DNA of 64,000 nt. Origin: the human T2T-CHM13v2.0 reference genome, Homo sapiens. The notes under the pieces were generated by a model. It was given only the letters and a program-made list of their open reading frames with translations. It ran no database searches and was not told the DNA's origin. The DNA is taken from assembly GCF_009914755.1 (NCBI RefSeq), contig NC_060940.1, one strand, 5' to 3'. How positions within the stretch are numbered: position 1 is the first letter of the stretch; every line of letters begins with the position of its first letter. Shown one piece after another: positions 15,201 through 30,560 of the stretch. Position numbers and translations under genes: made by a program.

Positions 15201-18200
15201 TCCATTCGACCATGATTGCCTTTGATTCCATTCAATGATTCCATTCGGTTCCGTTTGATGATGATTCCGTTCGATTCCATTTGATGATTCCATTTGATTC
15301 CATTGGATGAGTCCATTCGATTACATTCGATGATTATTCCATTCGAGTGCATTAGATGATTCCATTCGAGTCCATTCGATGATTCCATTCGATTCCATTC
15401 GATGTTGATTCTGTTCAAATCCATTCGATGATTCCACTCGATTCCATTCGTTGACTCCATTTGATCCCATTCGATGATTTCCTTTGATTCCCTTTGATGA
15501 TCATTCCATTTGATTCAATTCGGTGATTTCATTTGATTCCATTCAGTGATGTTTCCATTCGACTCCATTCGATGATGATTCCATTCGACTCCATTCGATT
15601 ATGATTTCATTCAATTCCATTCGATAATGATTCCCTTCGAGTCCATTCGATGATTCCATTCGATTCCATTCAACGATGATTTGATTCGTGTCCATTCGAT
15701 GATTCCATTTGATTCCACTTGATGATGATTCCATTCGGGTCCATTTGATGATTCCATTCAATTCCATACTCCGATGATTTCTTTTGAGCCCACTCAATGC
15801 TTCCACTCGATTCCATATGATGATGACTCCATTCGATGAAATTCGATGATGATTCCATTCGCTTGCTTTCGATGATGATTCCACTTGAGTCCGTTAGAAG
15901 ATTCTATTCAATTACATTCCAGGACGATTCCGTTCGAGTCCATTTGATGATTCCATTAGACTCCATTCGACGATGATTCCATTCGATGTTATTCGATGAT
16001 TCCATTCGATCTCATTCGATGATGATTCCATTCAACTCCATTCGATGTTTCCATTCGAGTTCATTCTATTATTCCATTAGATTCCATTCGATGATGATTC
16101 CATTCGATTCCATTTGATGATTGCATTCTATTTCATTTGATGATGATTCCATTCGAGTCCACTCGATGATTCCATTCGAGTCCATTTAATGAATCCATTG
16201 GTTTCAATTCTATGATGATTACATTGGATTCCATTCGTTGATGATTTCATTCGGTTCCATTCAATGATGATTCCATTCAATTCCTTTCAATGTTTCCATT
16301 CAATTCCATACGATGATGATTCCATTTGATTTGATTCGACAGTGAGCCATTCGATTCAATTCCATGATGATTCTATTTGATTCAATTGGTGGACATTTCC
16401 ATTCGATTCCATTCGATGATGATTCCCTTTGATTCCGTTCAAAGATGATTCCATTCTAGCCCATTCAATCATTCCATTCGATTCTATTCAATGATGATTC
16501 CATTCATGTCGATTTGGTGATTCCATTTGACTTCATTTGATGATGATTCCTTTCAAGTTCATTAGATGATTCCATTCGATTCCATTTGATGATGACCCCA
16601 TTCGAGTCCATTCAGTGATTCCATTCGTTTCCATTCCATGATGATTCCATTCCTTTCCATTCAATGATTCCATTCGATTCCGTTTGATGATGATTTCATT
16701 CGAGTCCATTTGATGATTCCATTTGATTCCATTCGATGATGATTCCATTCGAGTCCATTCGATGATTCTATTCGAATCCATTTGATGATTTCTTTTGATT
16801 ATATTTGGTGATGATTCCATTGGAGTCCATTCAATGATTCCACTCTATTCCAATCGATGATGATTCCATTAGAGTCCATTTAATGATTCCATTTGATTCC
16901 AGTCTCTGATGATTACATTCGAGTCCATACGATGATTCCACTCAATTCCATATGATGATGATTCCATTTGATTCCATTCGGTGATTCCATTCTATTCTAT
17001 TCAATGGTGATTCCATTCGAGTACATTAGATGATTCCATTCGATTCCATTCAATGATGATTCTATTTGTGTCCCTTAGATGATTCCACATGATTCCATTA
17101 GATGATGATACTATTTGAGCCCATCCAATGATTCCCTTCGATTCCATTCGATGAGGATTCCATTCGATTCAATTCATTGGTGATTCTATTCAATTCAATT
17201 CTTTGATTCCATTCCATTCCATTCGACAATGATTCCATTCGATTTCTTTCGATGATTCCACTCGATTCCACTTGACATTGATTCCATTCGATTCCATTCA
17301 ATGATTCCATTTGATTCCAGTGGATGATGATTGCCATCGATTCCATTCGATCACTCCATTCTATTCCATTTGATGATGATTACATTCGATTCCATTTGAT
17401 GATTCCATCTGATTCTATTCGAGGATTCCATTTGATTCCATTCGATGATGATTCCATTCGAGTCCATTCGATGATTTCATTCGAGTACATCCAATGATTC
17501 CATTCGAGTCCATTAGATGATTCCATTTGATTCCATTTGAAAATGATTCTACTAGAGTCCATTCAATGACTCCATTCGAGTCCATTCAACAATTCCATTC
17601 GACTCCATTCGATGATTCCATTCGATTCCATTTGATGGTTCCATTCGAGTCCATTTAATCATTACAGTCGAGTCCATTTGGTGATTCCACTGGATTTCTT
17701 TTGATAATGATACCATTCAATTACATTTGATGATGATCCCATTCAATTTCATTTGATGATGATTCCATTAGAGTCCATTCGATGATTTCATTCGAGTCCC
17801 TTCATTGATTCCATCCGATTTCATTGGATGATGACTCCATTCGAGTCCATTCGATGATTCCACTCGATTCCATTAGATGACTCCATTGGAGTCCATTTGA
17901 TTGTTCCATTCGATTCCATTCGATTCCTTTCGAAGATTATTCCATTTGAGTCCATTCGATGATGATTCCATTCCATTCCATTCGATGATTCCGTTTGATT
18001 CCATTCGATGATTCCCTTCGATTCCTTTCTTTGATGATTCCATTCCATTCCATTCAATGATTCCATTCGAATCTATTCCATGATGATTCCTTTCGATTCC
18101 ATTCGCTGATGTTTCCGTTCAATTCCATTCGATGATGATTCCATTCGATTCCATTCATTGAGGATTCCATTTGATTCCATTCAATGATGATTCCATTCTA

Positions 18201-18336
18201 TTCCATTCAATGATTGCATTCAATTCCATTCAATGATTATCCCCTTAGAGTAAACTCAACGATTCCATTCAATACCATTCGATGATGATTCCTTTTGAGT
18301 CCATTCAATGATTTCATTCAAGTCCATTTGATGATT
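12225..18336 (+). repeat. 6,112-bp unit 3 (full length)
   Basis: ORF anchors at 12410, 13114 and 17821 equal unit 1 + 12224. Confidence 0.97.
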
Positions 18337-21300
18337 CCTTTCAATTCCATTCTATGATGATTCCATTCGAGTCCATTCGATGATTCCATTCGATTGCATT
18401 CGATGATTCCATTATATTCCATTCAACGGTGATTCCATTCGAGTCCATTCCATGATTCCATTAGAGTACATTTAATGATTGCTTTGTTTTCAATTCGAAG
18501 ATGATTACATTGGATTCCATTCTATGATACCATTCGATTCCATTCAATGATGATTCCACTCAAATCCATTGGATGATTCCATTCGTGTCCATTCGGTGAT
18601 TTCATTAGATTCCATTCGAGGATGATTCCATTCGATTCCATTCGATGATTCCATTCAATTCCATTCGATGATGATTCCATTCCAGTCCATATGATCATTC
18701 CATTTGATTTCATTCGATGATGATTCCATTCGATTCGATTCGACGATTCCATTCTATTCCATTCGATGATGATTCCATTCGAGTCCATTCGATCATTCCA
18801 TTCGAGTCCATTTAATGATTCCATTGGGTTCAATTCAATGATGATTACATTGGATTCCGTTCTATGATTCCATTCAATTCCGTTCATTGACAATTTGATT
18901 CCATTCGATGATGATTCCATTTGAGTTCATTCGATGATTCTATTCGATTCTCTTCGATGGTGATTCAATTCTATTATATTGGATGATTCCATTCGATTCC
19001 ATTTGATGTTGATTCAATTCGATTCTATTCGATGATGATTCCATTGGATTTCACTTGATGATTCTATTCGATTCCATTCAATGATGATTCACTTCTCGTC
19101 CATTGGATGATTCCATTTCATTCCATTCGATGATGATTCCATTCGATTCCATTCGATGATTCCATTTGATTCCATGCGACGGTGAGCAATTCGATTCAAT
19201 TCCATGATGATTCTATTTGATTCAATTAGATGATGTTTCCATTCGAATCCATTCCATGATTATTCCATTGGAATCCATTCGGCGATGATTCCATATGAGT
19301 CAATTCAATGATGATTCCATATGGGTCCGTTCGATGATAATTCCATTTGATTTCATTCGATGCTTCTATTCTATTCCAGTCGATGATGATTCCGTTGGAG
19401 TCCATACGATGATTCCATTTGATTTCATTTGATGATGATTCCATTCGATGATGATTACATTGGATTCCATTCTATGATTCCATTCAATTCCATTCGTTGA
19501 TGATTCGATTCCATTCAATGATGATTCCATTTGAGTTCATTCGATGATTCTATTCGATTCCGTTCGATGGTGATTCAATTCTATTATATTGGATGATTCC
19601 ACTCGATTCCATTTGATGATTATTCCATTGGAGTCCACTTAGTGAATCCTTTAGATTCTACTCGAAGATGATTCCATTCGAGTCCATTCGATGATACCAT
19701 TCAATTCCATTCGTTGATGCTTCCATTCAAGTGCATTCGATGATATCATTCGATTCCATTTGATGATAATTCCATTTGATTCCATGCGATGATTCTATTC
19801 GATTCCATTCAATGATAATTCCATTCAATTCAGTGATTCCTCTGGACTCCATTTGATGATGATTCCATTCAATGATTCCATTCGATTCTATTCGAAAATG
19901 ATTCCATTTGAATCCATTTGATGATGATTCCATTAGATTCCATTTGATGATTCCATTCGATTCCATTCGACGATGATTCCATTCGATTCCGTTTGATGAT
20001 TCCATTCTATTCTATTCGATGATGATTCCATTCGATTCCATTCGATGATGATTGGATTCGATTCCATTTGATGATTTCATTTGATTCCATTCGTTAATGA
20101 TTTCGATCAATTCCATTCGATGATTCCATTCGATTCCATTCGATAATGATTACATCCGAGTCCATTCGATGATTCCCTTTGAGCCTGTTCGATAATTCCA
20201 TTTGAGTCCAACCAATGATTCCATTCATTTCCATTCAATGATTCCATTCGAGTCCATTTGATCATTCCGGTAGGGTCCATTCGATGTTGATTCCATTGGA
20301 GTGCATTCGATGATTCCATTCGAGTCCATTTTAGGATTTGATTCGAGTCCTTTCGATGATTCCATTCGATTCCACTCGATGATGATTTCATTCGAGTCCA
20401 TTCGACACTTCCAATCGATTCCATTTGATGATTCCATTCGAGTCCAATTGATGATTCCATTCAATTCCATTCGATGATGATTCCGTACGATTCCATTCTG
20501 TGATGATTCCATGTGATTGCATTCAATGATGATTCCTTTCGATTGCATTCGATTATGATTCATTTCGTGTTCATTCTATGGTTCCACAGGTTTCCATTCG
20601 TGTCCATTCCATTATTCCATTCTATTCCATTTGATGATGATTCCATTCGATTCCATTCATTGGTGATTCCACTCAATTCCATTCAATGATTCCATTCCAT
20701 TTCTTTCAACAATGATTCCATTAGTTTCTAATCGATGATCCACTTGATTCCATTTGACGACGATTCCATTCTTGTCCATTCGATGATTCCATTTGATTCC
20801 ATATGATGATGATTCCATTCGATTCCATACCATGATGATTCCATTCGAGTCCATTCAATGGTGATTCCATTCAATTCCATTCGATGATTCCTTTTGATTC
20901 CATTCGATGATGATGGCATTCGATTCCTTTCGATCATTCCCTTTGATTCCATTCAAAGGTGATTTCATTCAAGTCCATTCGATAATTGCATTCGATTCCA
21001 TTCTATGATGATTCCATTCGAGTCCATTTGATGATTCCATTCAATTCAAGTCAATGATGATTCCATTCGATTCCATTCGATGATTCCATTGGATTCCATT
21101 CGATGATGATTCCATTCAAATCCATTCGATAATTCAATTCAAGTCCATTCGATGATGATTCCAATCGAATCCATTCAAAGATTCCATTCAGTTCCATTCG
21201 ATGATTCCCTTAGATTCCATTCGATGATTCCACTTGATTGCATTTACGATGATTCCATTCGATTCCATGTGATGATTCCATTCAATTCTATTCAATGATG

Positions 21301-24300
21301 TCTCCATTTGATTCCATTCGACCATGATTGCCTTTGATTCCATTCAATGATTCCATTCGGTTCCGTTTGATGATGATTCCGTTCGATTCCATTTGATGAT
21401 TCCATTTGATTCCATTGGATGAGTCCATTCGATTACATTCGATGATTATTCCATTCGAGTGCATTAGATGATTCCATTCGAGTCCATTCGATGATTCCAT
21501 TCGATTCCATTCGATGTTGATTCTGTTCAAATCCATTCGATGATTCCACTCGATTCCATTCGTTGACTCCATTTGATCCCATTCGATGATTTCCTTTGAT
21601 TCCCTTTGATGATCATTCCATTTGATTCAATTCGGTGATTTCATTTGATTCCATTCAGTGATGTTTCCATTCGACTCCATTCGATGATGATTCCATTCGA
21701 CTCCATTCGATTATGATTTCATTCAATTCCATTCGATAATGATTCCCTTCGAGTCCATTCGATGATTCCATTCGATTCCATTCAACGATGATTTGATTCG
21801 TGTCCACTCGATGATTCCATTTGATTCCACTTGATGATGATTCCATTCGAGTCCATTTGATGATTCCATTCAATTCCATACTCCGATGATTTCTTTTGAG
21901 CCCACTCAATGCTTCCACTCGATTCCATATGATGATGACTCCATTCGATGAAATTCGATGATGATTCCATTCGCTTGCTTTCGATGATGATTCCACTTGA
22001 GTCCGTTAGAAGATTCTATTCAATTACATTCCATGACGATTCCGTTCGAGTCCATTTGATGATTCCATTAGACTCCATTCGACGATGATTCCATTCGATG
22101 TTATTCGATGATTCCATTCGATCTCATTCGATGATGATTCCATTCAACTCCATTCGATGTTTCCATTCGAGTTCATTCTATTATTCCATTAGATTCCATT
22201 CGATGATGATTCCATTCGATTCCATTTGATGATTGCATTCTATTTCATTTGATGATGATTCCATTCGAGTCCACTCGATGATTCCATTCGAGTCCATTTA
22301 ATGAATCCATTGGTTTCAATTCTATGATGATTACATTGGATTCCATTCGTTGATGATTTCATTCGGTTCCATTCAATGATGATTCCATTCAATTCCTTTC
22401 AATATTTCCATTCAATTCCATACGATGATGATTCCATTTGATTTGATTCGACAGTGAGCCATTCGATTCAATTCCATGATGATTCTATTTGATTCAATTG
22501 GTTGACATTTCCATTCGATTCCATTCGATGATGATTCCCTTTGATTCCGTTCAAAGATGATTCCATTCTAGCCCATTCAATCATTCCATTCGATTCTATT
22601 CAATGATGATTCCATTCATGTCGATTTGGTGATTCCATTTGACTTCATTTGATGATGATTCCTTTCAAGTTCATTAGATGATTCCATTCGATTCCATTTG
22701 ATGATGATCCCATTCGAGTCCATTCAGTGATTCCATTCGTTTCCATTCCATGATGATTCCATTCCTTTCCATTCAATGATTCCATTCGATTCCGTTTGAT
22801 GATGATTTCATTCGAGTCCATTTGATGATTCCATTTGATTCCATTCGATGATGATTCCATTCGAGTCCATTCGATGATTCTATTCGAATCCATTTGATGA
22901 TTTCTTTTGATTATATTTGGTGATGATTCCATTGGAGTCCATTCAATGATTCCATTCTATTCCAATCGATGATGATTCCATTAGAGTCCATTTAATGATT
23001 CCATTTGATTCCAGTCTCTGATGATTACATTCGAGTCCATACGATGATTCCACTCAATTCCATATGATGATGATTCCATTTGATTCCATTCGGTGATTCC
23101 ATTCTATTCTATTCAATGGTGATTCCATTCGAGTACATTAGATGATTCCATTCGATTCCATTCAATGATGATTCTATTTGTGTCCCTTAGATGATTCCAC
23201 ATGATTCCATTAGATGATGATACTATTTGAGCCCATCCAATGATTCCCTTCGATTCCATTCGATGAGGATTCCATTCGATTCAATTCATTGGTGATTCTA
23301 TTCAATTCAATTCTTTGATTCCATTCCATTCCATTCGACAATGATTCCATTCGATTTCTTTCGATGATTCCACTCGATTCCACTTGACATTGATTCCATT
23401 CGATTCCATTCAATGATTCCATTTGATTCCAGTGGATGATGATTGCCATCGATTCCATTCGATCACTCCATTCTATTCCATTTGATGATGATTACATTCG
23501 ATTCCATTTGATGATTCCATCTGATTCTATTCGAGGATTCCATTTGATTCCATTCGATGATGATTCCATTCGAGTCCATTCGATGATTTCATTCGAGTAC
23601 ATCCAATGATTCCATTCGAGTCCATTAGATGATTCCATTTGATTCCATTTGAAAATGATTCTACTAGAGTCCATTCAATGACTCCATTCGAGTCCATTCA
23701 ACAATTCCATTCGACTCCATTCGATGATTCCATTCGATTCCATTTGATGGTTCCATTCGAGTCCATTTAATCATTACAGTCGAGTCCATTTGGTGATTCC
23801 ACTGGATTTCTTTTGATAATGATACCATTCAATTACATTTGATGATGATCCCATTCAATTTCATTTGATGATGATTCCATTAGAGTCCATTCGATGATTT
23901 CATTCGAGTCCCTTCATTGATTCCATCCGATTTCATTGGATGATGACTCCATTCGAGTCCATTCGATGATTCCACTCGATTCCATTAGATGACTCCATTG
24001 GAGTCCATTTGATTGTTCCATTCGATTCCATTCGATTCCTTTCGAAGATTATTCCATTTGAGTCCATTCGATGATGATTCCATTCCATTCCATTCGATGA
24101 TTCCGTTTGATTCCATTCGATGATTCCCTTCGATTCCTTTCTTTGATGATTCCATTCCATTCCATTCAATGATTCCATTCGAATCTATTCCATGATGATT
24201 CCTTTCGATTCCATTCGCTGATGTTTCCGTTCAATTCCATTCGATGATGATTCCATTCGATTCCATTCATTGAGGATTCCATTTGATTCCATTCAATGAT

Positions 24301-24448
24301 GATTCCATTCTATTCCATTCAATGATTGCATTCAATTCCATTCAATGATTATCCCCTTAGAGTAAACTCAACGATTCCATTCAATACCATTCGATGATGA
24401 TTCCTTTTGAGTCCATTCAATGATTTCATTCAAGTCCATTTGATGATT
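18337..24448 (+). repeat. 6,112-bp unit 4 (full length)
   Basis: ORF anchors at 18522, 19226 and 23933 equal unit 1 + 18336. Confidence 0.97.
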
Positions 24449-27400
24449 CCTTTCAATTCCATTCTATGATGATTCCATTCGAGTCCATTCGATGATTCCA
24501 TTCGATTGCATTCGATGATTCCATTATATTCCATTCAACGGTGATTCCATTCGAGTCCATTCCATGATTCCATTAGAGTACATTTAATGATTGCTTTGTT
24601 TTCAATTCGAAGATGATTACATTGGATTCCATTCTATGATACCATTCGATTCCATTCAATGATGATTCCACTCAAATCCATTGGATGATTCCATTCGAGT
24701 CCATTCGGTGATTTCATTAGATTCCATTCGAGGATGATTCCATTCGATTCCATTCGATGATTCCATTCAATTCCATTCGATGATGATTCCATTCCAGTCC
24801 ATATGATCATTCCATTTGATTTCATTCGATGATGATTCCATTCGATTCGATTCGACGATTCCATTCTATTCCATTAGATGATGATTCCATTCGAGTACAT
24901 TCGATCATTCCATTCGAGTCCATTTAATGATTCCATTGGGTTCAATTCAATGATGATTACATTGGATTCCGTTCTATGATTCCATTCAATTCCGTTCATT
25001 GACAATTTGATTCCATTCGATGATGATTCCATTTGAGTTCATTCGATGATTCTATTCGATTCTCTTCGATGGTGATTCAATTCTATTATATTGGATGATT
25101 CCATTCGATTCCATTTGATGTTGATTCAATTCGATTCTATTCGATGATGATTCCATTGGATTTCACTTGATGATTCTATTCGATTCCATTCAATGATGAT
25201 TCACTTCTCGTCCATTGGATGATTCCATTTCATTCCATTCGATGATGATTCCATTCGATTCCATTCGATGATTCCATTTGATTCCATGCGACGGTGAGCA
25301 ATTCGATTCAATTCCATGATGATTCTATTTGATTCAATTAGATGATGTTTCCATTCGAATCCATTCCATGATTATTCCATTGGAATCCATTCGGCGATGA
25401 TTCCATATGAGTCAATTCAATGATGATTCCATATGGGTCCGTTCGATGATAATTCCATTTGATTTCATTCGATGCTTCTATTCTATTCCAGTCGATGATG
25501 ATTCCGTTGGAGTCCATACGATGATTCCATTTGATTTCATTTGATGATGATTCCATTCGATGATGATTACATTGGATTCCATTCTATGATTCCATTCAAT
25601 TCCATTCGTTGATGATTCGATTCCATTCAATGATGATTCCATTTGAGTTCATTCGATGATTCTATTCGATTCCGTTCGATGGTGATTCAATTCTATTATA
25701 TTGGATGATTCCACTCGATTCCATTTGATGATTATTCCATTGGAGTCCACTTAGTGAATCCTTTAGATTCTACTCGACGATGATTCCATTCGAGTCCATT
25801 CGATGATACCATTCAATTCCATTCGTTGATGCTTCCATTCAAGTGCATTCGATGATATCATTCGATTCCATTTGATGATAATTCCATTTGATTCCATGCG
25901 ATGATTCTATTCGATTCCATTCAATGATAATTCCATTCAATTCAGTGATTCCTCTGGACTCCATTTGATGATGATTCCATTCAATGATTCCATTCGATTC
26001 TATTCGAAAATGATTCCATTTGAATCCATTTGATGATGATTCCATTAGATTCCATTTGATGATTCCATTCGATTCCATTCGACGATGATTCCATTCGATT
26101 CCGTTTGATGATTCCATTCTATTCTATTCGATGATGATTCCATTCGATTCCATTCGATGATGATTGGATTCGATTCCATTTGATGATTTCATTTGATTCC
26201 ATTCGTTAATGATTTCGATCAATTCCATTCGATGATTCCATTCGATTCCATTCGATAATGATTACATCCGAGTCCATTCGATGATTCCATTGGAGCCTGT
26301 TCGATAATTCCATTTGAGTCCAACCAATGATTCCATTCATTTCCATTCAATGATTCCATTCGAGTCCATTTGATCATTCCGGTAGGGTCCATTCGATGTT
26401 GATTCCATTGGAGTGCATTCGATGATTCCATTCGAGTCCATTTTAGGATTTGATTCGAGTCCTTTCGATGATTCCATTCGATTCCACTCGATGATGATTT
26501 CATTCGAGTCCATTCGACACTTCCAATCGATTCCATTTGATGATTCCATTCGAGTCCAATTGATGATTCCATTCAATTCCATTCGATGATGATTCCGTAC
26601 GATTCCATTCTGTGATGATTCCATGTGATTGCATTCAATGATGATTCCTTTCGATTGCATTCGATTATGATTCATTTCGTGTTCATTCTATGGTTCCACA
26701 GGTTTCCATTCGTGTCCATTCCATTATTCCATTCTATTCCATTTGATGATGATTCCATTCGATTCCATTCATTGGTGATTCCACTCAATTCCATTCAATG
26801 ATTCCATTCCATTTCTTTCAACAATGATTCCATTAGTTTCTAATCGATGATCCACTTGATTCCATTTGACGACGATTCCATTCTTGTCCATTCGATGATT
26901 CCATTTGATTCCATATGATGATGATTCCATTCGATTCCATACCATGATGATTCCATTCGAGTCCATTCAATGGTGATTCCATTCAATTCCATTCGATGAT
27001 TCCTTTTGATTCCATTCGATGATGATGGCATTCAATTCCTTTCAATCATTCCCTTTGATTCCATTCAAAGGTGATTTCATTCAAGTCCATTCGATAATTG
27101 CATTCGATTCCATTCTATGATGATTCCATTCGAGTCCATTTGATGATTCCATTCAATTCAAGTCAATGATGATTCCATTCGATTCCATTCGATGATTCCA
27201 TTGGATTCCATTCGATGATGATTCCATTCAAATCCATTCGATAATTCAATTCAAGTCCATTCGATGATGATTCCAATCGAATCCATTCAAAGATTCCATT
27301 CAGTTCCATTCGATGATTCCCTTAGATTCCATTCGATGATTCCACTTGATTGCATTTACGATGATTCCATTCGATTCCATGTGATGATTCCATTCAATTC

Positions 27401-30400
27401 TATTCAATGATGTCTCCATTTGATTCCATTCGACCATGATTGCCTTTGATTCCATTCAATGATTCCATTCGGTTCCGTTTGATGATGATTCCGTTCGATT
27501 CCATTTGATGATTCCATTTGATTCCATTGGATGAGTCCATTCGATTACATTCGATGATTATTCCATTCGAGTGCATTAGATGATTCCATTCGAGTCCATT
27601 CGATGATTCCATTCGATTCCATTCGATGTTGATTCTGTTCAAATCCATTCGATGATTCCACTCGATTCCATTCGTTGACTCCATTTGATCCCATTCGATG
27701 ATTTCCTTTGATTCCCTTTGATGATCATTCCATTTGATTCAATTCGGTGATTTCATTTGATTCCATTCAGTGATGTTTCCATTCGACTCCATTCGATGAT
27801 GATTCCATTCGACTCCATTCGATTATGATTTCATTCAATTCCATTCGATAATGATTCCCTTCGAGTCCATTCGATGATTCCATTCGATTCCATTCAACGA
27901 TGATTTGATTCGTGTCCATTCGATGATTCCATTTGATTCCACTTGATGATGATTCCATTCGAGTCCATTTGATGATTCCATTCAATTCCATACTCCGATG
28001 ATTTCTTTTGAGCCCACTCAATGCTTCCACTCGATTCCATATGATGATGACTCCATTCGATGAAATTCGATGATGATTCCATTCGCTTGCTTTCGATGAT
28101 GATTCCACTTGAGTCCGTTAGAAGATTCTATTCAATTACATTCCAGGACGATTCCGTTCGAGTCCATTTGATGATTCCATTAGACTCCATTCGACGATGA
28201 TTCCATTCGATGTTATTCGATGATTCCATTCGATCTCATTCGATGATGATTCCATTCAACTCCATTCGATGTTTCCATTCGAGTTCATTCTATTATTCCA
28301 TTAGATTCCATTCGATGATGATTCCATTCGATTCCATTTGATGATTGCATTCTATTTCATTTGATGATGATTCCATTCGAGTCCACTCGATGATTCCATT
28401 CGAGTCCATTTAATGAATCCATTGGTTTCAATTCTATGATGATTACATTGGATTCCATTCGTTGATGATTTCATTCGGTTCCATTCAATGATGATTCCAT
28501 TCAATTCCTTTCAATGTTTCCATTCAATTCCATACGATGATGATTCCATTTGATTTGATTCGACAGTGAGCCATTCGATTCAATTCCATGATGATTCTAT
28601 TTGATTCAATTGGTGGACATTTCCATTCGATTCCATTCGATGATGATTCCCTTTGATTCCGTTCAAAGATGATTCCATTCTAGCCCATTCAATCATTCCA
28701 TTCGATTCTATTCAATGATGATTCCATTCATGTCGATTTGGTGATTCCATTTGACTTCATTTGATGATGATTCCTTTCAAGTTCATTAGATGATTCCATT
28801 CGATTCCATTTGATGATGACCCCATTCGAGTCCATTCAGTGATTCCATTCGTTTCCATTCCATGATGATTCCATTCCTTTCCATTCAATGATTCCATTCG
28901 ATTCCGTTTGATGATGATTTCATTCGAGTCCATTTGATGATTCCATTTGATTCCATTCGATGATGATTCCATTCGAGTCCATTCGATGATTCTATTCGAA
29001 TCCATTTGATGATTTCTTTTGATTATATTTGGTGATGATTCCATTGGAGTCCATTCAATGATTCCACTCTATTCCAATCGATGATGATTCCATTAGAGTC
29101 CATTTAATGATTCCATTTGATTCCAGTCTCTGATGATTACATTCGAGTCCATACGATGATTCCACTCAATTCCATATGATGATGATTCCATTTGATTCCA
29201 TTCGGTGATTCCATTCTATTCTATTCAATGGTGATTCCATTCGAGTACATTAGATGATTCCATTCGATTCCATTCAATGATGATTCTATTTGTGTCCCTT
29301 AGATGATTCCACATGATTCCATTAGATGATGATACTATTTGAGCCCATCCAATGATTCCCTTCGATTCCATTCGATGAGGATTCCATTCGATTCAATTCA
29401 TTGGTGATTCTATTCAATTCAATTCTTTGATTCCATTCCATTCCATTCGACAATGATTCCATTCGATTTCTTTCGATGATTCCACTCGATTCCACTTGAC
29501 ATTGATTCCATTCGATTCCATTCAATGATTCCATTTGATTCCAGTGGATGATGATTGCCATCGATTCCATTCGATCACTCCATTCTATTCCATTTGATGA
29601 TGATTACATTCGATTCCATTTGATGATTCCATCTGATTCTATTCGAGGATTCCATTTGATTCCATTCGATGATGATTCCATTCGAGTCCATTCGATGATT
29701 TCATTCGAGTACATCCAATGATTCCATTCGAGTCCATTAGATGATTCCATTTGATTCCATTTGAAAATGATTCTACTAGAGTCCATTCAATGACTCCATT
29801 CGAGTCCATTCAACAATTCCATTCGACTCCATTCGATGATTCCATTCGATTCCATTTGATGGTTCCATTCGAGTCCATTTAATCATTACAGTCGAGTCCA
29901 TTTGGTGATTCCACTGGATTTCTTTTGATAATGATACCATTCAATTACATTTGATGATGATCCCATTCAATTTCATTTGATGATGATTCCATTAGAGTCC
30001 ATTCGATGATTTCATTCGAGTCCCTTCATTGATTCCATCCGATTTCATTGGATGATGACTCCATTCGAGTCCATTCGATGATTCCACTCGATTCCATTAG
30101 ATGACTCCATTGGAGTCCATTTGATTGTTCCATTCGATTCCATTCGATTCCTTTCGAAGATTATTCCATTTGAGTCCATTCGATGATGATTCCATTCCAT
30201 TCCATTCGATGATTCCGTTTGATTCCATTCGATGATTCCCTTCGATTCCTTTCTTTGATGATTCCATTCCATTCCATTCAATGATTCCATTCGAATCTAT
30301 TCCATGATGATTCCTTTCGATTCCATTCGCTGATGTTTCCGTTCAATTCCATTCGATGATGATTCCATTCGATTCCATTCATTGAGGATTCCATTTGATT

Positions 30401-30560
30401 CCATTCAATGATGATTCCATTCTATTCCATTCAATGATTGCATTCAATTCCATTCAATGATTATCCCCTTAGAGTAAACTCAACGATTCCATTCAATACC
30501 ATTCGATGATGATTCCTTTTGAGTCCATTCAATGATTTCATTCAAGTCCATTTGATGATT
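24449..30560 (+). repeat. 6,112-bp unit 5 (full length)
   Basis: ORF anchors at 24634, 25338 and 30045 equal unit 1 + 24448. Confidence 0.97.
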